Positions 10,701 to 25,700 of a DNA stretch of 64,000 bases are shown piece by piece. The stretch lies in the NCBI GenBank assembly GCA_030141605.1, contig JAQGDQ010000386.1, positions 124,001-188,000 of the forward strand, read 5' to 3'. This stretch comes from Tubiluchus corallicola. Its lineage: Eukaryota; Animalia; Priapulida. Position numbers and translations under genes: made by a program. The stretch's first letter is position 1; every line of letters begins with the position of its first letter. Under the pieces are notes generated by a model, which did no database searches, was not told where the DNA came from, and saw only the letters and a program-made list of their open reading frames with translations.

Positions 10701-13700
10701 AAATCCAGCAGCATAAATGGATAATAATTGTAACTTATAAACAATTTGTGTGTCTTTTTCAGTTGAACACAGTAGGATAAAGCTTAAGGCCGACCCAACA
10801 GTTTCTGGCTCTGATTATATAAATGCAAACTACATCAAGGTGAGAATAATTTCCGTGTACAGATTGCGACTACAAGGTGTGCAGCATGTGTAAGTTTGCT
10901 GGTTAGAACATGAACTTGCAAGCAAAATGTTAAAATGTGATAAAACTGTAAAATCTGTAGCCAAATTAAACACTTTTGAAGCTGAACTATCTGTTTCCAT
11001 ATTTGGCTAGCTTTATGTAATTCACCTAATGAAAAATGACTGATGAAAAATCAAAATATTAACAGATGCAGACCTCAAGTAGTTTTATAGTTGTCACAGA
11101 CCACGAAAAATCTGTATGCAGCAACCTTGTGAAGCAAAAAATTTTACACAGAATTTGCAGACACGCTGTATCTGATGCACGCATTTTCATTTGTTTGGCA
11201 CACGAATCTTCATGTGATGTAGGCTGTTGTAACCGAGCACAAAAGTACAAAATCAAGAACTTTTAATACAAAATTTGTGTGTAGCAAAGTTGGACTTATT
11301 GAGAATTATACAAGTTAATTTTCTATAAGATTAGCCTGCAGTAGTACGGGTATAACCTGATACTTTGATGTGTTTCCAGTAGTACGGGTATAACCTGATA
11401 CTTTGATGTGTTTCCAGTAGTGCGGGTATAACGTGATACTTTGATGTGTTTCCAGTAGTGCAGGAGTAACGGGTATGAAGTGCCGCTGAGCTCTTTAATT
11501 ACACAATGTCATGTCTTTTGCAAACTCATGTGTCTAGGGAAACTTTGTAATTATTTAAATCTTCTTCTTCTTCCCAGCTTTTCCCTATGCGGGGTCTGTG
11601 ACGTCACAGACGTCCTCGTCCGTATTAAAATTTTGCTAAAGTTCATTTTGTACTCCAAATAAAATATTCATTTCTGTTTTATGTTTGGGTTGGTTTTCTG
11701 CCCATCCTTTAATACCTCTCCCCTTTTCCCTGTTTGATGGCGATCTTCCTGTCACATGTCTTGAATGGTTACAGGATAATTTTCGCGCTCCTGGAAAAGC
11801 ATTGAACCGTGATTTTTCCTTATTGCCGCCATTACGGGTTTTTAAGCTGCGTTGGAAGCACACGTTTTGTGGCAGCAAGTTTGAGATCTCATAACTTTTG
11901 AGATCTCATAATGAGTTCGCTAGTTTTGGTGTTCTCAGTGTAATCAAATTTCTCTGAGAGGAAACCAGACGGTTCCTAGGCAGTGTTACTAGTATGCAGG
12001 AAACTTCGTCGTGTTCGTAATCTGGCCACGTAGATCATGACGGTTGTTGGGTGGAGTTTGGAACTGCCTAAGGAGGTTGCCTAGTTGAAGACTGGGAACG
12101 AGGAACTTTTCTCCTTTCCTCCGTCATTTGCTGACTCCTACAGTATAGGAGTAAACAGAGACGTTTCGAGACCCTGGATCCTTGTTTCTAACACTCTGGT
12201 GGTGGAGTCTGCAATGCGTGAGCCCCAGCAGTGTGGTTTCTTGATTCTTGAGATGTGATCCTGGATAAATGGACCCACGGTATCACGACCTGAGGCTAGC
12301 CCATTGGTACAGCTGCAGCGACAATGGAACTCTTTGGTAATTATCCTCTCCTCTCTTCCTATTATACCTGGGATGGGGTTAACTGAATTCTTTCGTTATA
12401 TGTATGTATGTAAGTGATTTGTAGAAATATTATTTTTGAAATTGCCACTAAATAATTTTTACACGTTTTTTTTATAAAAAAAGCAATAACGTTTGTTTGT
12501 TCTCCTGTTCGTCCTCGTCATTTCTAAGTACAAATTATAATGGCCTAAAATAGCATCAGTTTTAATCAAACTACTAGGACCCTCGTTAAAAAAGTCTGGA
12601 TAAAAACCCCTTGCCTTAAAAAATTAGTATTAAAAATTGTTTTTATCCACATGTGATGAACTCTGGCGTGCTCGGATAAAGTAAAAGACAACCCCTATTT
12701 TGCATTCCTGACAAAACTATTTATTCTTTTATATAATACACCATAGAGCGTCAAAAATGGTGCCAGTGGTCGTCACAGGGTCGCCGTTGTGAATAAGTCT
12801 TCTCCATGCATTCCTGTTATTGACTATCGCTTCATTTATGTTCTTCTCTCTAAGGTCTCCGTTTATGCATTCAAACCATCTCAGCTTGGGTCGTCCTCTT
12901 CTTCTATTTCCCAGCACTTCCATTTCCATGACCTCCCTTCCCTCGTGATCTTCCCCGACTCTTATTTTCAGGTGCCCATAGCATCGCAATCTTGCCTCTT
13001 GTATCTTTTTCAAGGCTTCCACTACTTTCACTGTTCCTCTAATATTACTATTCCTGATTTTATCCCTTCTTGTTACTTCCACCATCCACCTCAACATCCT
13101 CATCTCCACCACATCCATTTTCTTCTCTTCAGTCTTCTTTAGAAGTGCTGCTTCCAGCCCATAGATTAGGGCGGGTCTGACCACTGCTTTGTGAACTTTA
13201 CCTTTAAGTCTCGCTGTATTCCTCTTATCTCATATCACACCCGAAACTTTTCGCCAGTTATTCCAACCACACTGAAACCTGAAATTCACCTCCTTTTCCA
13301 TATCTGCAGTCTCGTCTATCATTGAACCCAGATACTTAAAGGTCTTTACTCTTTTCAACTCTGCCCCATTCAATATACATCTTTTTGTCTCTTCTTAGTA
13401 GATGATTTCAAAAGCAAAGAAAGAAATGTTTCCTTTACGATGAGTTGTGCCATGTGGTTTTGCTTTTTAGAAGTAAGTTTAAGGTATTTTCAATTTTTGT
13501 TTTAGCTTCCATCAATGAGAAATGCATACATAGCCACGCAAGGACCCCTCCCCTCAACTGTCCAGGATTTCTGGAAAATGGTTTGGGAATCGGATGCTAA
13601 AGTTGTGATAATGGCATGTAATTTTTTAGAAAACGGAAAAGTAAGTATTTAAAAATTTAATGTAGATTAGAACGGTAAACTCTGTAGTTAGTTATTGCTT

Positions 13701-16700
13701 AGTACTTTTTAGGTACCATTTGGAATTTGGTAAGAATTTGCAGAAACTTTACAAACACAACTAATTAATAACAATGACCTCACATAGCATGACATCTCCT
13801 GTAGAAGTTTTTTTTTGAACTATTGATTCAATGAAGATGTCAATATTTGTAAGCATGCCACACATTTCCGTTGCCTTGGATGTTAAAAAACCTTAAGATA
13901 AGATAAGATAATATTTATTTTCATATAATATAATATAATGATATATATGATATAAACAGTACATATTTGTAGAAACATGAGCTTAAAGCTCATAAACCGA
14001 TAACAAACATAATGTATATGAGTGATAACATGGTAATAATACGTACTTCTTAAATCTTTTGGTTGCCATCAGAGGTATTGGTACGAGAAAAATTAAAACT
14101 ACATGAAGACAGTAAAAATTGAGACAGTTAAAAATTTTAGGCAGTAACATTTTCTAAAATTTACACAAAAAGCTATGTAGGTCAGTAAAAACTTTTCTGC
14201 CAACATTTCAGCATTTAATTACGACTTAACAAAATTGGTAAGCTCGCTGAATTTACAAATGGCACATTTACATGAAACACCAGTCCATGAGTTAATTAGA
14301 CGTTTAAATCCCTCCCTCCCCCCCCCGATTTTCACCCATTCGCAGACAGTTTGGTAATTCATTCCACAATGTGGCTCCATAATAGGAGAAACTTTTCTTG
14401 CCATATGTAACACCATCATATGTGGGGTGTTCTGCAGTGTTCATTTTTCTGAGGACATCTTAGCCTTGCACTGGCTAAGCTAAATTTACTTCATTCTAAG
14501 CTTAACTGTGATTCTTATTGTAGCATTATCGTGATTTATGAGTTTATGATGCTTGTATTACCTTGTTGTTAGCTCTACAAGACTCTTTCACTGTTGACAT
14601 TAAGTAAATGATTAATAATAGGAGACAATGCTAGAAACTTAAAGGACAAGAAAGGGACACCTGAAGTAGGTTTCAGAAAAATTGCCTTAAAAAATTATAC
14701 TACTTTACAACAATTTTATGCGCATATGGTACTCGCGTTGAAAGACGTTTTTGTTTGTTTACACTTCAAATTTTACGATACTATTGCGACGGCGCCATTA
14801 CATGACGTCGCTATGCCAGATAAATCAGGGGAAGACAAGGCCATTGAGATAAAAGGAGATTTCGCCTTTATCTTTGCTTTTGTCTTGTAATTAGTGAATG
14901 TATTCCGTCATAATAATTTTAGTTGGTGTCACTGATGATTTTTGTCCATGCACTCTCTTGTATACCATTACTTTTGTTCTAGTATTCAGTTGTATATACT
15001 TACTTCAGTTAGTTTACAGTCAACCTCGGATGTAAGGGACACCTCGGGACCGGAAAAAACGATCCCTTATATCCTTATAGCTGAAGTTGAGTCAGATCGA
15101 GGGTGTGTCTAGACCTGTTCTTTTCTGTACTTTTACCCATAGTTTTATAGATAATTGCAACACATTCAGTGTAAAACGGTATGTAGGAAGCTCCCTCAGC
15201 GATGCAAGATGTATGTGAATGCGGAAACTGAGCTGTTCGAAGGCCGAGTTTGCGAAAAATTGAAGTTATAAAAGTCGATCAATTTCGCTTTGATCGAGGT
15301 TGACTGTATCTGCTATTGTTCATGATTTTTCTCATTTTTTTTGCTTTTATAACACCCATGCCTTTGTACGCCAGCTACAACTATGTGCGTCTAACTAGCT
15401 CTAGCTTTTGCAGTACTTTCACGTTAGCAATTTTCAAGTATTAGTTGTTTACCTGATTATATATGTCATCTAATAACAAATTTACAAATAGTCAAAGTAA
15501 TTTTGATCTGACTGCAAGGAACCCAGAAGGCAATTTGGTAGGATATGAAATGTGTAGCTAGATGTTTACTCTATGCAAATGGGACAGATGATGTACATCG
15601 TACCCATTAGCTATTTCGTTGAACCCTTTGGTTTTTGAATGTGTCTGCGAGCTTTTCTGTATCATCTCTGAGCAGTTCATTTGCGTTGTTTAGCTTAATA
15701 CAATTTTAGCTGCTGGTTTTTGCAATTTTTCTAGTTCATCACACTGCTGGTGGGACTGTACTGTGATGTGAATATTAATTGAATTCAGTACAAATGATTA
15801 ATGGACTTCAATGCATTATTATTAATTTTGATGCATTGTTTTTGATTTTAGAAAAAGTGTGAAAAATATTGGCCAGGCACTGGAAATACAGCAGTATATG
15901 GAAATTTCAGTATAACTTTGGTATCGTAGCAATTTTATTCATATTATTTTAATTCTTTTATTTGCATTAGTTATGCGAATGCAAAATGTGCTGTTGTGAA
16001 AACAGAACAATAAATTAAATATTGCAGTTTTACTATTATTAAATAAAAGTAAATGCAAATTACGAAATGTGTTGCTTGCAAACCAAAGCCGTCCATAAGT
16101 TGGCGTGATTAAAACTACGTTGTGATGCTTGAAAGTAGAATGCACCAAAATTTTGGTCCTATGTAACTTTTCATTTTTTATTAAAACAAATGCTAAATAT
16201 GCTATGACTTTTATATTCTAGCATTAAATTATCAGGAAAATGTTCAAAAAATACTAAAAATTTACTTTTTGAACATGCTGTATCTCATCACCAAGGTAAA
16301 TCAAGACGAAACTTACGCCGATCTCATAATCCGTACCCTGGAGTTGAAGAGAGGAAACGACATGCGGACGTTAAACCACTTTCACTTCGTGGCATGGCCG
16401 GACCACGGAATTCCAAATCGTCTCACATCGTTAGTCGATGCAGTAAAGTTGGTGCAGGAAAAGCAACCGCACGACGACTGTCCCATTGTTGTCCACTGCA
16501 GGTAGTGTTTGTGTCGTCCGTTGCATTGTGTTGAATATCTACTCGTGTTAATGTTTTAGACCATGGGTCTCCAAAGTGGTCGACATCAACCCCTGGGGGT
16601 TGATGGCACTATCCAAGAAGTCGTGAAATGCATGGGGATCACAAAAGGGTCGACAAACTCCTGGGGTCAAAAACAGTTTGATAAACGCTGGGGCTGTATT

Positions 16701-19700
16701 TCATGTGAGATATTCATTTATCATGATGCATGTCCATCCATCGATCTCAATAAGTTTAAACACTTTTATGTTGAATTTCAACTTTATTTTTAATATTTTG
16801 TACATTGCTTATGATTTTTGCAAAGACCAATAGACAGTTTTTCCCTTTAGTTTCCTTATACTTGATGAGAGATATTCACGGGGGGAGGGGATACAGAACA
16901 GTTTTCTATGGTTTGGCATGCAGTTTCCTTTACTGATGTATATGGAAAGCGGGCCTGGATGCAATGTATATGGAAACTGCACATCTAATTTATTATTGTA
17001 TTAATATTCATTTATTTTTGTACATGCCTGGTGGTCGACACGAAATCAAGGATTCCATAAAAGGATCAATGGTTTAAAAAGTTTGGAGACCCCTGGTTTA
17101 GATAATTTAGTCCACCTTTTTAGGGTGGGCTAAATTAGGGAGCCACCCTTTTAGTACTTCGTTCTTACCAAATCAATGTCTTTAAAGGAAGACAGGATGA
17201 TTTTTCATGTACTGCCCCATTTTCAAGGCCGATAATAAGTACCAACAGTACTGCAAAAGCGTTTCTGATAATTACACAATGGATTAAAAACTTAATTAAT
17301 GGTGGGCGAGCCCAACTATTGATGACATCGCAAACGGACATACTTTTCAACAGCAAAAATATTCAATGAGCGTGTTGCACGTGTTTGCGAAAGCAAAAAT
17401 TAATGTTACTGTAAGATATTCAATGTGTTGTACTAAAACTAGCAAAATTTTGAGATAAAAATTTATAATTTCAAATTTACCGCTGTGCTCTTCGTCACAA
17501 ACTAACACATCCGAACTGAGAGGTATAGCACCTGTTTTTCATGCAATGTGTTTCTGAAATGCAGGCGCTAGTGCCCGTCTAACTAGCGATTGGTGAAATG
17601 CATGTAACAGCAAAGAACTAGTGGCGCGAACGTGATATTGTTCGTGTGGTAATAACTCTTTCACGTAAGTCATTTTTTTTAAAAATAGTATGTTTTCTTT
17701 CAATATTTTAAAGAGAAGATTGTTTTGACCTACAGTTTGAGATTGGATCCGGTTTTGCTTCTGATGAAATAGGCTATTGTTGTAGTACATCAGATCAATG
17801 ATAGTGAAATTATGTGTGGTAATAACTCTTTCACGTAAGTCATTTTTTTAAAAATAGTATGTTTTCTTTCAATATTTTGTGTGGTAATAACTCTTTCATG
17901 TAAGTCATTTTTTTTTTAAAATAGTATGTTTTCTTTCAATATTTTAAAGAGTAGATTGTTTTGACCTACAGTTTGAGATAGGATCCGGTTTTGCTTCTGA
18001 TGAAATAGGCTATTGTTGTAGTAGATCATATCAATGATAGTGAAATTTGTCTCCTTGAGAATTTTTCCTCAGGTTGCGTATTTATAACTGACTCCAATAA
18101 ATCCGATAAATAGAAGGCAGTACCATGATAGCCATGATCATGAACTGTGTTAGTTTCATGACGTCATATGATGTAGAACCCATTTTCGTGACATCGTGTT
18201 TAAACAGTACTGTAACACTTACGCAAATGTGCTTGATGCACAAGCAAAGACACCTGCCATTGCACAAGCTGAGGTTAGTTTCTGACATAAGCAATAGCTG
18301 TGTTCGGTTGCCGTTAATTAACATTCTAAGTTAATTATTCAAATATAAGAAACAATTGCTAACTAGTCTAAGCAATCATCCGGTCTTCCTTTAATTATAT
18401 TAAGATTCTCAACCAACAAAAATTTATTCTACTTTAAGTGCTGGATGTGGTAGGACTGGTACTGTGTGTGCTGTTCACTATGCATGGATTCTTCTAAAGA
18501 CTGGCGTAAGTTAAACATTTATGTAAATATTTAATTTTGTGAACATTTGGCTGTTTTCATTTGTGTTTTTCTGGTGTTTTGATTTTCTGTTAAAGGTTTT
18601 GCACTTGTTTTTGTGACTCTTGCAGACGATTTCAAATATTATTCATAGATTTCCCTATTTGTTAAGGGAAATTAAAACCACAACTTTGTTTTCATTGATA
18701 GATTTCGCTACTTTTTAAAAAAATTTAAACCGCAACTTGTGTTTTCATTGACCGATTTCGCTATATTTTAAAAAAATTTAAAACCAAATCTTATTTTTTG
18801 ATGATAGATTTCGCTACTTTTTAAAGCAATTAAAACCACAACTTGTGTTTTTATTGATCGATTTTGCTACTTTTTAAAAGCAATTAAAGCCACAACTTGT
18901 GTTTTCATTGATAGTTTTCGCTACTTTTTAAAAGGAATTAAAACCACAAGTTGTGTTTTTTTTTGCTGTCATGTTTTCTACTATTTATAGAAAATGACCG
19001 ATGATTTTAACCTGTTCCAAATTGTCCTGCAAATGAGGAATTATCGGATGGCAATGATCCAGAATCTGGTATGATCGCATAATTTTTAGTCACTTTTGAT
19101 AGCATTATATAGTTTTTTTGTCAACTTAGGCACTTAGCAATTATTAGAAAAGTACCTTGTCCCTGAACTAGGTCAATGAAAAGGCGATTTGAACTTAAAG
19201 CAAAACCAGACCCAATCTTAAACTGTAGGTTAAAACAATGTACTCTGTAAAATATTGAAAGAAAACATACAATTTTTTTCAAAAATGACTTACGTGAAAG
19301 AATTATTACCACACAAACTCAATTTCATGTTTGTGTCACTAGTTTTTCGTTGTTACATGCATTTCACCAGTTTGTGACAAACTACACACGTTCAACAGGT
19401 CTTGCATGAGCACAGCAGTGAATTTGAAATTTAAATTTTTATCTTAAAACTTGCCTAGTTTTAGTACAACACACTGAATATCTTACAGTAGCGCTGTACT
19501 TTATTTTTCTCTTTCACAAACACATGCAACACGCTCGTGGAATATTTTAGCTGTTGAAAATTATGTTAGTGTGTGATGTCATCCATAGTTGGGCTCACCT
19601 GCCATTAATTAAGTATTTAATCTATTATTTAATTATCAAAACCGCTTTTGTTGTGTTAATTGTGTCAAAATGCATAGTTTTTATCAAACTTGAAAATGGG

Positions 19701-22700
19701 GTAGTACATGAAAAATCACTGTGCCTTGCTTTTGGTAAATCTCCAATACTAATTTTCTCTGTCACTGCACAACTGATTGAATTTTTTGTGTTACTGTCAG
19801 TGATGTTTCTATAAATTACTGCAATGTGTAAAACCACGTAAATTTCATTATCCGATGTCCCTTATATTCGTAGTCCCTTATATCCGATATCCCTTATATC
19901 CGAAGTTTAGTCAGACCGAGGGTGTATCTAGACCTGTACTTTTCTGTACTTTTAACCATCTTTTTATGGATCATTGCTACACATTCAGCACAAACGGTAT
20001 ATAGGAAGCTCCTTCAGTGATGTGAGATGTAACTTGCAATTTACTGGTGACAGTAACTCACACTAAACAGTAACTCACAGGAAATCAACTAGCAACTACT
20101 GTTGAGGAGTTTGAAAATTTATTGCCGACAGTAACTCGCAAAGCGGTTCACACTTGCAAGTTTGCTGTCAGAGAGAAAAGTCGCTAGTCTGAAAGCAACC
20201 TTAGTGGCATTTTCAAACATATAGTGTTACACTATAATAACAACAATTTGCTTACTTACTTACTTACTTACTTACTTAAAAGAATACTTCAATCAATAAT
20301 TTTTCACGCTTTTTTAGATAAATAAAAATTATTTACAAAGTTTTGGCCCTCAGTTTTTATTATGGATTAACAAGATATAGTAAAGCTTGTTAAATTGCTG
20401 TTCAGCAACTAGCACATTGCTGATTCTTGTCCATGTTGCAGTCATTAGTTTGCAGAGTTAAGTATTTGCTTAGGTTCAAAGTCTATGGATTGTCTGCCAG
20501 CAATGAAATGATTGGAATTTGTATCTTTATTGACAGCTGAAATCAGCATAGCAGCCGGGTTACGTGTTTGAAGTTAAGCTTTATAGGTTGCCTTGTGTTA
20601 TCAGTGTTGTTTTAGCAACACTGTGATATTTTTGTGACGTATCGAAACAAATTTTAGAAAAGTAGTGCTTCAGTGATTGCCGACGCAGCTGAATTAATAG
20701 TAGACACAGGTAAATTGTTTCACTATTTTTAGGAAGAGTTTACAATGCACCCACACGATTTAAATACGTTAACATAACCCTTAACCCTAAACCTACCCTA
20801 AGCCTAGTTCCAACACTATTGGACCCTTGAGTAATCAGTCCAACCTGCTTGTCTGTTTGTGAATAAAAATTATAGGACAAAATACCTCTCAAAATATTTT
20901 ACTGTGGTCTTAGATTTGTTGGGTCACCTGTATTATACTGTGTCTATTCTCACAGTGTCTTAGACGGCACAAGAAAACCATCGGTCAAATGGCTATTTTA
21001 AGATTTACTTACTGGCTAACTGTTTTTCTACTGGACATTGCTACGACCTTTTCTAATGTGCTTTATTAAAGTTGCATAATAGCCATACTAGGTTTTATGT
21101 TTTGCATTTGGCATTTTAAATTCATTGTGATTTTCATTAGTTATTTCAATCTTTGAAGGAAGACAGGATGATTTTTCATATACTATCCCATTTTCAAGTA
21201 CAATAAAAAGTATGTACATTTTAATGCCAATAATACTGCAAACGCATTTCTCATAATTAAACAATAGAATTAAAATTTAATTAACAGCAGGTGAGCCCAG
21301 TTGCTGATGATGTCACAAACTAATATGATTTGCAACAGAAAAATATTCCACGAGCGTGTTTGCACGTGTTTGCGAAAGCGAAAATTGAAGTACAGCACTA
21401 CTGCAACACATTCAATAAAGATGTAAAGATATAAAATTCAATAAGATATAAAAATTTAAATTTCAAATTTACCGCTGTGCTTACGCATGAGCTGTCGAAC
21501 ATGTGTAATTCACCACAAACTAACACATCTAAACTGAGAGGTACAGCACCCATTTTTGTGCAATGTATTTCCAAAATGCAGGCGCTAGTGCCCGTCTAAC
21601 TAGCGAATGGTGAAATGCATGTAACAGCGAAGAACTAGTGGCGCCGAACGCGAAAATGTGTTTGTGTGGTAACGATTCTTTCACGTAAGTCATTTTTGTA
21701 AATATAGTATTTTCCCTTTCAATATTTTAAATAGTAGATTGTTTTAACCTACAGTTTAAGATTGGGTATGGTTTTGCTTTAAATGGACATTTTATAGATT
21801 CAATAGAAAGCTTTGAACATTTAGAAAACATGCAATGAGATTAAAGAAATCAACATAATTAATAAGAACACGTATGACAGACTATGATGAGGTACAGCAC
21901 CCATTTTTGTGCAATGTATTTCCAAAATGCTGGTGCTTTGTGCTCGACTAACTAACAAATGGTGAAGTGCATGTATCAGCAAAGAACTATAGGCACTAAT
22001 GCGAAATTATTTTTGTGTGGTAATAATTCTTCAATTAGTCTTTTTTGAAAAAATCGTATGTTTCCTTTGAATAGTTTAAAGAATAGATTGTTTTGACCTT
22101 CAGTTTAAGATTGGGACTGGTTTTGCCTTAAATATTTTTCTTGTTGCCACTTTTGGTAACTAAAGCATCTTATGAATTTTTTTTCAGGACCAGTACATTT
22201 TGGCATACAGAGCTATAGCCGAACTATTTCAGAGTCATCTGACGGTAACAGAACAGAATAACTATGAAAATGTTTTTGATGAGTCTTCGTTGTGTGATGC
22301 AGGCAGCAGCTTAGATAACAAACAGTCCGACAGTTTTGGCGCTAAACCACCGACATACGAAAATGTACAATTACCACTTTGTAAGAAGCCTTCAAAAATA
22401 CAGGCGATAACTGCTGAACATAATTTGCAAGAATCTGGTCAGAAATCTGAAAATTACTCAAGGAAACCTTCAAAATTGAATTGTCCAACTACTGGTTCAT
22501 TGCATGGTGGTGTATCCGATTCAAAAAATTCTGCACAGAGTGTTTCCGTGTCTCTTGTACAGAAGAATGTAGATGCTCAAAATTCCAGGGTTCAACACAA
22601 CACACATGTCGGGCCTAGTCGGGTTGCTAAGCAACAGAAGGCTAAGAAATTCAACACGGTGAACAACACACACGTCGGGCTGAGTCCGGTTGCTAAGCAA

Positions 22701-25700
22701 CAGAAGGCTGAGAAATTCAACACGGTGAACGTTCGCTCTTTGGGGGCGGATTATTCAACAAAATCGACTGGTGCTAGAAATCTTATCGATTTGTTTGAAA
22801 CAGCAAACCAACCGGATAAAAAACTTGTCAAGGAAAAGGAAGTGGAAAAAGAAGTAGATTTCAATGGTGCACTTTTTCAGGCAGAAACTACAGATTTGCC
22901 TGCTGCACAGGATTTAAACAATTTGCTCAAATCTCTAGAGGGCGTGGAACCATCCGGCGCAAAGCGGACATCCCAGTTCCCACTCTACCTTCATTCGGAA
23001 ATGGCTCAACGCAGTTTGCCAACGATACCGGCAGTTAGACGCGGCAACCAGGATGCATTTGAAACTGAAGATGTTTTTGAACACAAACATAACAGTGGTA
23101 GCTCACGGTCCAATCCATACGTAAATGTTGTCGCACAAGATCGTTTAGTTAGCAATCCTGTTTATAGTGAAATGTGTTCACCAGCTCAGCAACAAGTACA
23201 TTCTTCTAGCCCAATTGCTACAAAGCCTGTACAGGCTGCGGCACCCGATTACCAAAGACCAGTGGCTGGACCGCGTGCAAGGTGGTTGTCCTCTGATAAG
23301 CAGGACTCGTCTGTGAGCGAATATCAAGACGATAATTTGTATGAAGATGTGAGATTCGCAGACAGTGGTGACGTTTGTACTTCTGGAGCAGTTGAAGGTA
23401 GTGTTCTTATGATTGCTGTTTAACCCTTTCACCACGTAGTTGCTTTTTAACTTGGCCATATTACATTTGCACATTTGACAATAACTTTTTGTGGTGTGTA
23501 ACTAAAACAGATTCTTGTAAATAAACAAATAGTTGTTCGTTATTAAGTACCAATATGAAATATTAGTATTATTTCTACACATGCACACACATACGAGCAC
23601 ACATACATGCGCTCATACACACATGAACGCACACACACACACACCCTCATAAATAAACATGTACTTATATTTAGAAACCAGTTTTCACAAAAGACTCAAT
23701 ACTAATCCATAATATGCAATCATTTTATAAGAATGCACTACAGTCAATGAAACATGCATTTTGTCAACGATCTACAAGTGATTTTGCATGGGAAGATATC
23801 ATACAGTACAGTATTGTGGAGTGCACCTGGCTTTAGATGCTGATTAATCCCACGGCTGTTAAACTTTTCTACAATGTTTCTGCATGGCAGTAGGAGTGAA
23901 ATAAACAGACCTGGGTGACTGCACTTAGTGCTGAGCTTGGGCAGCAGTCTACGACCTTCCGTCCCTTGCATGAATAACATAGGTGGCAGTGTGCCGCCTT
24001 CCGTAGTGAAAGGGTTAACTGCGATTCACTATTCATGCTCATATGTGTGACTGCACAGCAAAAACGTCCATGAGTCACAGCAGTTGAGCTTTTTTATCTA
24101 CAGTCAACCCTCGTTAAACCGGACTAATTGGGGGGATGGGTAATCCGGTTTAGCCGATTGTCCGATTTATGCGATATGCCTATATATGGTCTATATTATA
24201 CAGGAATAATCACCTTAATAAGGCCTATATACATTGCACTATATACTGTGCACTATATACTATACTGTATATTACTTTAAAATACTTAACCCGTGAGGAT
24301 AAAGAAATTATTGTACAGTTGGTAGGCCGTGTTTTGTTTAGCGCTCGGGCCCTGACGGAAGTCGGCCAGTTTCCTTTACCACAGATGACGTCCGTCTTAT
24401 CCGATATCCGGGCTAATGGGGTCCGGTTTAATGAGGGTCGGCTGTATTTACGTTTTCTGATTCTACATTTATGAGGACTATCTTGGTACCAAGCTCAGGC
24501 TTCTAAGGGTAAGCATTCTCTACCTATTAGCAAACTCGAATGAAAAACCGATTTTCCATATTTTCAGATCCTAGTTGATTTCAAGGTCAATTTTAAAGAT
24601 TTTTGAATAAATTTCCGAATCATTAACAAAAAGCTGTTTTACAAATATCATGCATATTATTATGTCCTGCACTAAAAACTGCAGCAATAATTTGTTTCAA
24701 AAGAAACTCCACTGAAATCGCGGTTAAATTTACTATTTGCATGATGTTTCAAATGTTTTAGTTTAGAAAAGGCATGTAGCTGAAGTGCTGAATTATTCAT
24801 ATCTATAATTTTAGATTCCAATCAAATTCAAATTAAAAAAACTCGTTTTTCGAAACGATGCTTACTCCTGCAAGGCTCTGTGTAACCTCTAAGTCTAAGC
24901 TGAGATAATCCACATTGAAGCTGAGCTTCGCCCTGCCTGCTTTGAAACATGATCTTGAAAAAATCACTGTTAAAGTTTGACGTCGTTTGTCGCATTTCTG
25001 CAAAACACTTAATAACTGTACGAACAGGTGTTTGCTGTTGACTATATATTGAAGCACATTGAAGATATATTTAAGTCCAGCAGAGGGCTCTTCCTAATGA
25101 AGATCTGCACTCGGCATCAAAAAAGACTACAATGAAAATGGCTGCTTCCGTGAGTTATTATCACAGTTTGAAAATACGAACTTCTTGTAAATGCAACACT
25201 AATCTTTAGGCAGAGAAGGCAGTAAATAGTAATAAAACCAAATTTTTACTGGTTACTTGATGCTACAGTAAGAAAGTTCAATCTCTTTTCCTTTTGTTTT
25301 GGTAAAAAACAAGAAATTTTTTTTCGACCAGATTTTTAATGCAAGCTACTTTGAAATGTTACTTACTTTGATCGTGCTGATTTATAGACAGTTTTGGCGT
25401 GCAAGCATACACTTGTTGATCAAACACCTGGTTAAATTTCTTTTTTGTATTTTCTTCAGTTCATATGTGAAAGCATAAAGGTGCCCCCTGTGTTCAGTAA
25501 TTTCAGTACTCGTAGGTATGGCCAACATGTGTATGCTTGCACGCCAAAACTGTCCACAATTTAGCGCAATCAAAGTAACGTTTAAAAGCAGCATGCGTCA
25601 AAAATCGGGTCGAATAAAAATTTCTTATTTTTTACAAAAACAAAAGGAAAAGAGACTGAACTTTCTTACTGTAGCATCTCTTTTTAAAGGTCACAATTGT

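Noticed and set aside
20775-20810. Telomere-like ccctaa run
   Set aside because: Only a few degenerate units, as commonly found in repeat fragments.
22200-23423. Stand-alone 407-aa gene
   Set aside because: It is exon 9 of the PTP gene: acceptor at 22187, continuing the DQY motif, and donor after 23397.
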